Assembly: GCF_009914755.1 (NCBI RefSeq)
Contig: NC_060932.1
Reading direction: 5' to 3' (one strand)
Length of the DNA stretch: 64,000 nt
Origin: the human T2T-CHM13v2.0 reference genome, Homo sapiens
The notes beneath the pieces were generated by a model. It was given only the letters and a program-made list of their open reading frames with translations. It was not told where the DNA came from and did no database searches. The number at the start of each line of letters is the position of its first letter. The stretch's first letter is position 1. A program made the position numbers and the translations under genes. Below are positions 42,966 through 64,000 of this stretch, in pieces.

Positions 42966-43916
42966 CTTTGAAAATTAAGTTGATTTTTAAAAAATGGTCA
43001 TTTAATGTCAGTCTTCCTGGGTACATGGCTCCTAAGAGCCCCATCCACCTCTCTTACTCCCTTTCTTCTGTTCACAGGGCCGGTACTTTGTCCTCATCAA
43101 GATCTTCAGCCCCCAGGTTCCAGCCTCCACCCTGCCCCAGCAGCTTCCGTGAAGCCCCCTCCTCTACTAGCACCCCCACCCTGGCCCTAAAGTTCCTTAT
43201 ACTCATCCCGTCGGGCTGGCTCACAAGCAGCCAGGCCCGAGATCCACTTCTCCCTTCTTGGGCTGCAAAAAAAAGAAAGTACTTTAGGCTCCATTATAAA
43301 TTCACATTCTCAAACCTCAACTAGCTCCTTGCTACTCTTCCACTCCTTTATCGCTGTCTACAATTGGCGGATTCAAATCTAAACTCCCCTCAAACCTCCC
43401 ACTCTGACTCACTCCCTTTACACTCTCATCTCAGTCTCCAGTTGCCCACAGTTGACACCCAACCTACTTAAACCCACAGATGCTATTGCTGTAGTGTCTT
43501 TACTACTTTTTCCTTCCTCTATCATCTCCCAGTCCCCATCCTGGTCAGTACCTGCACTTCCTCTAGCCAGACACTCAAAATAACCTGCGACCTCATCCTT
43601 CTGGCAGCAGCAGTGGCAGCAATAGCAACTATTAACACCTTACATGGAAGTGCTTCATCTGGATTACCCCACTTAACCCTTTATTATTTATCCCTGTTTT
43701 ACAGATGAGCAAACTGTGACGTATGGTGTTTGAGTAGTTTGTTGAAGTAAATAATGCAGCTATCAAGTGGCAGAGCAGGATGCAAACACAGGTGCACCTC
43801 ACTCTTTCCTCCCAGCCATCCACACTGAGCTGCCAAATTAACTTTCTGAAAGCTGATAGTGTCACTACTTGCTAAAAACTTTTCAAGTTTCCCAGCATCT
43901 ACCCATTTAAGTCTAG

Positions 43917-44547
<631 letters not shown>

Positions 44548-45552
44548 CTAAGTATAGTTTTCTTAGCAGGGCATTAAGCCTTCCATATGCTAACTCAATC
44601 CAATTTTTCCAAGTGTTGTTTCCCAGAGCTACCTACTCACCAGGCAAACCGTTCTCCATAAACCATATACATGCTGTCTCTGAACACTCATGCTGTTCAA
44701 CCTGGAGGGCCCTTCATTTTTCCCCTTCTGAACTCAAGCCCATCTCAGGTGCTCTCTGCTCCCCTCTTCCTCTGCATTCCCACCACCTCTGGTTGTAACT
44801 TCACTGGGTGGTTTAAACACAGTCTGTCTTGTGTTACTTATCCCTGTACTTGCCCATCCCTCCTGACCATAAACTCCCTGTGGGCAGACACAGTCTCTCC
44901 CACTTTGGGTCCCCACCGTGCTCCAGCTCAGACCTTGCCTTCGGTTCTGTTACTGACAGCAACATGAATATGCCTGCTCTAGCCACTGCACCTTCTATAA
45001 AGTCTCACACAACTTTCCCTGTTCATCCCCAACTCCATCCAGAGGACACATATTCTCACCCATCACTCATCATTCAAACGAGTCCCTGACCAGCTGAGTG
45101 GCAGCCTTTTGCACACAGCCACCCCATCACGCGCACCTCCAACCTTTCACCCACTGTGTGTCAACCTTCTCTGTGTGACCAGCCACTGAGTCACGAACCA
45201 CACTATCCTCTGGCAGCAGAAATGCTCATACATTAGTTTTCAAAGTCCCGCGAAAGCCACCGGTATTCTGTACCTATAATCTCCCAAGAGGCCTTTCCAC
45301 AGCTCACACAGATCCCAAGAATGGTGGGGTAAGTCCTTCCTGTTACCGATGATGGCTCTGAATTTCCAACACGCCATAGGTCTCCATGCCCCTTTATGCT
45401 TCCTGGGTCTCAATCACTTCAAAACCCCTCAAACAGTACCTATCCAAAGCAAATCGCTTGGCAGGCCCCCAAACAGAACCTGTGAGACACAGTTAAGGAT
45501 AGGAAAATGCAGGCGTGAAGCCATGACTGCTGACCCTTATAGAAGATGTGCC

Positions 45553-45826
45553 TTTTTTTCACCCAGGCTGGAGCGCAGTAGTGCAATCATAATTCACTGC
45601 AGCCTCAACTCTTAGGATCATGCAATCTTCCTGTCTCAGCCTCCTGAGTAGCAAGTAGCTGGGACTAGCAGCGTGCACCATCACACCCAGTTAATTTCCT
45701 TTTTTTTTGTAGAGATGGGGTCTCGCTATATTGCCTAGGCTGATCTTGAACTCCTGGCCTCAAGTGATCCTCTTGCCTTAGCCTCCCAGAGTGCTGAGGT
45801 TACATGTGTGACCCACTATGCCTGGC
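45553..45826 (-). mobile_element. Alu downstream of exon 2
   Basis: Alu motifs. Confidence 0.85.
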
Positions 45827-46175
45827 GAAGATGTGGCCTTGAAACAATTTTCTGGAAGTCAGAGGTCTTTAGCAAGCTCTCACCTCCTACAACATCCCCT
45901 GTAGTCTGACCCAAGTTCTACACGCAAATTCTAAGGTCATTCTCTCCCCATTGCACCACCAGCTGCATTTTATACATCACCTATGTTAAAGTGTGACACT
46001 AGGGTCCTCATCAGATATTCTTTCCTCAGAAAGAGAAAAGCATAAATTACCCCCCACAAACATGTCATCTCAGGTAAATGGATGTCACCAGCCTTCATGA
46101 CCCCAACCTCTGATGAAGTCAGTTATGTTTATAACCAGACCAGAACCAACCCAGGTATCTTGAGAGTTTCTCCTA

Positions 46176-46598
<423 letters not shown>

Positions 46599-46653
46599 TT
46601 ACTAAGGCGTCCAGAAGAAAATTGTGAAGCTACCCCAACAATGAATTAGATCA

Positions 46654-49160
<2,507 letters not shown>

Positions 49161-49989
49161 AGACCCTTGGAAGCAGACCACAGATGGGCCATCTAGGACA
49201 CTGCATGGGGCACATTCCCAGAGCTGGGATAGAAGCAGTGCTTGCCAGAGGATGCCCCTAAACCCATATTCCACAACTTACTACATCCCGAAAATACACC
49301 TGATGCAGGCCTGTCACCCAGAAACGCACACCTGACCAAGAAAACCCAGGTCCCTTGCTAAGTGTCAGAATACTGAACAAGTTCTCAGGTTCCAATGGGA
49401 AAGAGTGGTGTCATGTTGAGATGGTTAAGCTTGCTTCGACTTGGCCACTCTGTCCCCAGAAAAGCCTGCCGCCTCCTCCCAGGTGTGGGCTGGCTGCAGA
49501 CCGCCCTCTCTCAGCTCCCTGGTCAATGCACTTCAAATTCATCTGCCAGCTTCCCTCTTGTTCTTTCCCAAAAAAGGTACAAAAAGTCTCTTCCTCTCCT
49601 ACCCCTCTGGCCCTCAAGTTTGACATCTGTAAAACAAGGATGTTAAGAAAACCTGGCCTCCTGGCACCAACTCCTGGAATAAGAAGTCAGCATACACCCC
49701 ATGCCACCCGCCTGCAAAAAACACAGTGACACAGGCCACTAGTCCAACATGCTGTCTGGGACCCTGCCACCTCCTGCTTCACCTCAGTTTCTCATTCTAC
49801 TAATTAATGAATTTTTCCAATCCCTTAGAAACAACTTCCTTCCTTCACTGCTTGACAGATAGATGTAACCTGCAGCCTTGCAGGTGTACACAGCAGCTTC
49901 CTCCAAGACCCTGCAGCTGGTTCCCCCCGCCCCGTCTCTCCAATATCAGCTAGGCTCCTGGGATTCATGCCTGCATGCAGAGGTCCTCG

Positions 49990-50110
49990 GTGGGGAGCAG
50001 AGAGGGGGCACATCTCAGTTTCCCACTCATCAGAGGGGGCTGAAATACTTGCCTTGCCTCCATCACAGGTGGTTATGAAGACTGAATGGGCTGCATGGGT
50101 GAAAGTGCCT
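49990..50110 (-). mobile_element. Degenerate MIR overlapping the 3' end of the alternative MEAR exon
   Basis: Minus strand cattcagtcttcataaccacctgtgatgg...gatgagtgggaaactgag resembles the MIR core (cctcacaacaaccctgtgaggt...gatgaggaaactgag). Confidence 0.6.
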
Positions 50111-50212
50111 GCTGTCTTCTCACTGGAGTACTGATCCAACATACAGGGTGGACAGTGTCTGGTGAGATAGCAGGGGCTGGACGGACCACGTGACCTTGAA
50201 GCTCTCCCACTT
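50053..50212 (-). other. FGFR1: Alternative 160-nt exon with upstream ATG (50063) and GC donor; gives MEARVSLKRR... extension
   Basis: ttttctcttag acceptor; ATG GAG GCA AG/GCAAGT; 11+88 nt = 33 open codons in frame with the main ATG. Confidence 0.75.
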
Positions 50213-50293
50213 CTAAGAGAAAAACCTATGAATGTCAGATCTCCTTGTCCAAAAATTATGTAAGGAAAACTAGCTGACGAATTCATGGCCAAA

Positions 50294-53290
<2,997 letters not shown>

Positions 53291-54459
53291 CAACAAGTGA
53301 AACACGAACTGCTGCACATAATCTAGAAAACCTTGCTCTTGAAGACAGGATGTACTATGAGTGGAACCCCACCAAATTCTTGGGATAGTTCATCCATGTG
53401 AGGGCTATTAAATGGGGGAGAGGGCCCTAAACATGGTTTCTTTCATTGCAGGGGAGAGATAAATGGTGGCGAGGAGAGAATTTCTGTTTAAAGTAGATGC
53501 AACCTTAGGAGGAAAAACAAATATCCTAGCCCAAGTCTGACATTTCATCCTCTCTGGAAACACCAGAATCTTCTCTAAAGCTCTGCATCTGGGCTCCCAC
53601 TAGTCCCTGGTGCGTTCAGGCCTTTTACAAAGCTCTGGGGAAGACAAATGTAAGACACAAATTTCCCAGGAGGAAATTAAACTATCAAGTGATGTGAGGC
53701 CCTTTCAGAATAAGACATTTGAATCAATTCTAACTCCTTTTCCTCCAGCAGCAACAGGCTCAAACTTTGCTAGGATGTTCTGTAACTAACAGCCATTTTG
53801 ACGAAAGACACTTTAGAAACGAAGGCAAGAAAAAAGCCTTTGTAGAAGCCGGCTGCTAAACCCCCAAGTTCATACCAGCAAATCTCTCATTTTAGGAGTC
53901 TTGTTTCAGGTCAATACTGAAAACAAAGAGCACACCACTAAAAGCAAAACCCATGGATTTTCCTTGGTCTCTAAGGCTTGAATCTGCCTACCCAGTGTTC
54001 AATTCAATTTTCTTGCCCTCTGGAGTCCACCAGGAATAAAGCTAGCCCAGCCTGAGGGATGCACCGATGTATCTAATCCTCTGCCCCTAGGGAGTGGGGG
54101 ACGCTTCTCCATTTCTTCCTGAGCCTTTGCTTCCCTTGCTATCAAAGGGCCACCTAATGGAACTGTCTAACACCCTCCATGGCCAGAGGCCAAGGAAAAG
54201 AAGCACCCTAAGATTGTTCAAGTGGTGCCCACTCTGGCCTGAATTCCCATTGGGAAAAATACCTCGAAAATGAGCATTTCTGCAGGCATGTTTGGAAAAG
54301 CAGGCAGTGAAGTACGCAGTCCAAGTGGCTCTCAATCTGGATGAACCTCATTAAAAAGCTGACACTCAGCTATGACTAAGAGTAAATGCAACAGATATTT
54401 CAAGCAGCTCGTCACTGATGCAGTTCATAACCCTCCCAGCTGGAGTCAGGCCCCAGCAG

Positions 54460-55580
54460 CCTCCCGGTCCCCAAACACCCTGCACTCGGAGGGTCGGGGC
54501 AGCCCCGGAGCTTCTCCTAACCCACTGGGGGTAGGATATGTAAACAAGTCATTAGGGAGGCAGGCCATCGGCAAAGACGGCCGGCAATAGCAGAGGCTGC
54601 TGAACCTCGGTCACCGAGAGGAAGGTGGATGACCCGGGCGTGGGGGTGATTACCCAGACCAAGGCGCGTCCCACGGGGCCCTGCTACTTCGCTTTTAAAC
54701 AAGCCTCAGGGAGGAAACCGGGAGCCCGGGCCAAGGGAGGAAAATGGCCACTTTCTGCTAAACAGTCTCAAGGCTAGATAGTATTCCAAAAAAAGCGCTG
54801 GTCCGGAGGTGCAAAGGGTAGGGCACATCTGCGGAGGAAACAGTCACCTTAATTACCACGTCTAGAGAAAGTGCGATTTCATTACAGCCTCCAAAACTAC
54901 CGCCCAAAGAAGGAAACCAGAGAAGTGTTTTCAATTTGAAAGAGGCTGGAAAGAAGCGGGTAAGACACCGACTCTCCCCACCCTCCCGGCAACTTTGGAC
55001 CACAAGGCGCTTTCCTGCCTCAAAGACTATTACCAAACACAACTCGAAAATCCAACCCCGCTTTCAAACCTGTAGCCGTTATTTAAACGGTAAAACACCC
55101 CACTTTAGTTTCCGGGGGATGCGGCCCAAATCAGTCCTTAAAAACACACAGAGAGCGCCTCTGGCAGCAGCCGCCCACGCCCCCGGCCCTGCGCACCGGG
55201 GTTGCTCCGGGAGGGGCGCGTGACGCCACCGCGGGGCAGCCGAGAGGGGACCGCGGGCTCCGGGCAGGGCAGGCGCTCCCGCAGCTCCAGCTATAACACA
55301 AGGGAGAGAAAGCAACGCTTTGGTTCCAGAAACTTCCATCGTCAAGGCCAGTTCTGGCCAGACGCACAGCCAAAGAGCCCCCCTAGTCTAGCGGATGAAC
55401 CGTTCGCGAGTGGCACCCCCTAAAACCTTGGCCCCATCTCCCAAGATGCCTCTTTACTGCGCAATCCAGAAAGCACCCGGACCGCCGCCACCCACCAGCG
55501 GCGGCGAATAACTTGGTGAGATCTTAAATAACTCGGGATCCAAGGGAACTTTCTTTTCTCCCCCGAATCTCAACGCCGCA
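54460..55580. promoter_or_regulatory. Secondary CpG-rich segment in intron 1
   Basis: Retained CpGs, GC box and TGACGC motif around 55170-55290. Confidence 0.6.
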
Positions 55581-56624
55581 TCTCCAAGTCTCCAGAAATG
55601 TTAAGGAGGGAGGTGGTCAAGACAGGCTGAAGAATCTGAGTTTTAATTTGGGGGAGGGGGAGGGGAGGAAGAGGGAAGTTAATAATGCGGCTGCGGTGTA
55701 CCCGTGTGGGGTGAAACGGAACCAGATGCGGCTGCTACATCTGGAAATTGGGGGTGGGGGAGTGCTGGGGGAGAAAGGCACCGTGGTAATGTTTTTCAAA
55801 AGGGTTGATAGCTTCTGGGCTCAGAACAAGAAACAGGCTTCACACCCCACCCCCCCCCACAACCACCAAAAAAGTGTCTGGCTGCCTCATAGGGGGTGTG
55901 TGTTCTATATGAACCCCCATCTACAAGGTCCATAAAATTCCTCCGCAAACATGGGTCGTAGCCTCACTTTTCTCCCAACCCCAAACATAACGGTAGGGGA
56001 AGCGAGGTGCAGAGGGGTCTGGGCCAGAGAAGCATACGCATCGCTGCCGAGTGAACCACACCGGACAAAAACCCTCATCCCTTCCCCCACCTCTAGGAAC
56101 CAGATTGGGACCGAACGGTCCTTCCGCCCCCATCCCACACCTCGGCTTAACGACCGTGGGTTGTCCTCCCGTTCCCCAAACTTCCGACCCTTTCAGAGAC
56201 CGTCCAAGTCATAAGATCACCCCTTCTGGAAAGGGGAGTCGTTTTTCGCTCTCAGCTCAAGCAGATTCAGCCATTTGGTGACGACACCTCCTTAAAACCT
56301 ATTCCAAGAGAAGCTAACCTAGCCCTCCACGTCCTCCGCAGTTCATCTCCCACCCCATCCGACCCCAACCCGCACCCCAGGCTTTCCCGGGGGTGGAAAA
56401 GGACTTAGGAATGCCCCGGATTTTTAGCGTTGAGCCCAAAGCTACCTGCTGAATTGGGGGTGAATCCCCAAAAGGGGACCAAAAAGACATGGAGTGGAAT
56501 GCAACACACACACATAACACACACAACGCATCCCACCTCGCCGCCCACTCCCGCCCTCCTCCCCAGTCCAGGAAACCGCGGGCCTCGCCGCCTTCGCCCC
56601 GGGCCTGTCCCTCCCGGGACTCAC

Positions 56625-56800
56625 TGAGGAGCCGCCGCCGCCTCGCCAGCTCCCGAGCGCGAGTTGGAGGAAAAGTTGGGCGGCGGGAAGAGCGGCGGGA
56701 CGAGCGCAGGGAGGGGGCGCAGGAGACGCGGACGGAGGGAAGGGAGGGGAGACCCAAGGGGCGCGGATCGCCCGGGAGGGAGCCAGGAGGTGAAAGGGGC
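56625..56800 (-). other. FGFR1: Probable alternative first exon (5' end approximate)
   Basis: TCA/GTGAGT donor at 56624-56619 within the CpG island; recalled alternative 5' ends. Confidence 0.55.
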
Positions 56801-56933
56801 GGGCGGCGAGCGGAGGGAGGCGCCGGCCCCGGCTGGGCTGCGGCGAGCAAAGCGCGCAGCCGGGAGGCTCCGGCGCCGGGGGCCGCTCGGGACGCCAAGC
56901 CCGCCCCAGATCCGGGGGCGCCGCGGCTCTTAC

Positions 56934-57790
56934 CTCGCTCGGCGTGGAGGTTCCGCCTCGGGAGAGTCCGCCGTGGCTTGTGCGAGCGGGCGTGTGCCCG
57001 CGTCCCCGGCTCCGGCCCGCCGCCCCCGGGCTCTGTTCGGGTCCTGGCGGGGTCGCAAGAGCTCCGCGGCCGGCGCTCGACTCCCGGCGGCGCTCGGTGC
57101 TCGGCGCCTCCAGCCCGGGCGGGAACAATGGAGCCGGAGCTGGTGCCCCGGAGGCGGGGCGGGGGGAGGGCTCCCGTCCGCCACCCGGGGTCTCCAGACC
57201 TTGTGCCCCCCTCCTCCAGAACGCAGCGGCGGCGCCTCACTTTCCTTGCAGACCGGGCTCCATCGCCCTGCGGAGGCCCCGGCGCCGCGGCGTGCCCGAC
57301 TGCAGCACGGGTACCGTGCGCCCTGCGGGGCGCCCCGAGCTCGGACCGGAGAAAAGTCCTTGGGTTCCGCGGCTTTTCAAGCAGCGGCGCGCTCGCGGCC
57401 GGGGAAGGCGAGGTCGCCGCAATGCGCTACGAGGGGTCTCGGTCCCGTCCGGACGTGGCCGCCCAGCTCCCGGCACACCCAGGTTCCTCCGCGCGCTGCG
57501 GCTGCACCGGCGTCCCGGCTCCCGCTAGCTGCCGCCCGCCGCCGAGGACGCCGCGCCTGTGGCCGCAAGAGCGCTCCGAGCGCTATGCGCCGGCGAGGCG
57601 CGAGGGCTCGCTCTCTCACTCCCACCCGCGCTGGTCCCTCCTCCGCCTCCGCCCCCTGCAGCTGCCTGCTGGGCCTTGTAGTTCCCCAGCCGCGGCCCCA
57701 AAGGACGGGGAGCGGGCCGAGCTGTCCGGCGCTCTGCCCTTCTCTTCCTACAGCCTGGTCTCCTTTGGCGTTTGCGCCCCTGCATCTGAG
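56934..57790 (-). other. FGFR1: FGFR1 exon 1 (non-coding, GC-rich 5' UTR); TSS ~57590-57790
   Basis: GAG/GTAAGA donor at 56933; joins exon 2 as ...GCCGAGCGAG|GGTCAGTTTG. Confidence 0.88.
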
Positions 57791-58881
57791 CACGTCCCAG
57801 AGGGCGCCGGAATGTCAGGCCCTAGACATAGCAGCGGTCTGGGGGCTAGGGGGCAGGTGAAGAGACGCCGCAGCCTTGAGGTTGTACCTGGTAGCGTGGG
57901 CTTTGGAGTCTGTGCGCCTTGGGGAAATGATTTTCGCGCTCTAAATCTCTGTTTTCCCATCTGTAAATGGGGGATAATAGTGCTTTTCACATAGAGTTGA
58001 GGCGTCAACGAGGGCCTAGCGCATAGTTAACACTTAGTAAATACAAGCCGGTTTTATTATAAGGTCAGCCCCTCCTCAAACCCTTCCCTTGGATTTCAGC
58101 TTTCCCCAGCCACATAATTTAGGTTTTGTGGTCCACCGGGAACTGGACCCTGTAAATTCTACAGCGATGCTGTTGGCTTCCAGAAGTCTCCAGCCTGCAG
58201 TGAATGTCTAGGAAGCAAAGAGTAAGCAGTGGGAGTTGAGGGGAGACGTGTGGTTGGTTTGGAAATTAATCACAGCCCACTCAGAACACCCTCCAGTACT
58301 GTGGAACACAGGAAAGTGGCTAAAATGCTTCCCCCTGAGTCTTCCCGCGAAGTGGTATAATGTAGTGGTTCCCTAATCCAGATGGACACGGGTCCTAGGG
58401 AACGTCTGAAAAATACAAGTTCATGGGCCTGCTCAGACATGAGGAATCACGCTGTCCCAGGAAGGAGCCAAGAGCCTTTATTTTTTCCAAGGCTCCTTGG
58501 GGCGTGTGATGTGAGCCCAGGCTGAGGCCACCATTGGGGTGGGAAGTAGGCAGCACTTGGTCTGAAGGATTCCTCCATTCTGTCCATCATTTATGAAGTT
58601 TGATGTAGGACAAATCATGCATCTGATAAAATCAAAACGGGGTATCTGTTGATACTCCTTCACAAGATGGTCATAAGAATCAAATAAAATAATAGCTCTC
58701 AGTGGACCAAAAATATTACACAAATGGAAGTCACTATGAAAGTTAGTGGCAGGGCCTGTTCCCTTACCATCACCCACCTCAACCCCGAAACTTGTAGAAG
58801 TTTGAATACTGAATGAGATCCCCCCACCCAACTCCTCACCCAACCCACCCACGCCTCCCTGGCTAATTTAAGAAAAGAGTT

Positions 58882-64000
<5,119 letters not shown>

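Larger units (their letters stand above)
56530..57900. promoter_or_regulatory. CpG island / TATA-less FGFR1 promoter
   Basis: Very high GC and CpG density, multiple GGGCGG/CCGCCC boxes. Confidence 0.95.

Noticed and set aside
56314-57994. Long overlapping ORFs (501, 398, 308, 228 aa) on both strands
   Set aside because: Expected from stop-codon scarcity in an extremely GC-rich CpG island; low-complexity R/G/A/P translations

Overview
Human (primate) genomic DNA holding essentially the whole FGFR1 gene on the minus strand (recalled location 8p11.23). The CpG-island promoter and non-coding exon 1 lie at ~56.4-57.9 kb, the ATG is in exon 2 (46403), a ~27-kb intron 2 follows, the stop codon is at 2592, and poly(A) signals sit at ~1710 and ~122. 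The 17 coding exons I mapped by splice sites sum to 2469 nt (822 aa + stop), the canonical alpha-IIIc receptor; hotspot codons P252, N546, V561 and K656 read wild type. The window also holds a sense-oriented RPS20 processed pseudogene, a THE1 solo LTR, dozens of Alus, L1/MIR/MER fragments and microsatellites. The interesting content is a dense RNA-processing layer: IIIb/IIIc switching with a long-range intronic stem, a GA donor, a GC-donor MIR-derived start exon, two poison exons, a kinase-truncating donor, secreted read-through, uORFs and inverted Alus suited to circRNA. Most of this matches FGFR1 biology I recall as already described. I see no convincing new biological system; speculative items are labelled as inference. 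Repeat boundaries are approximate.
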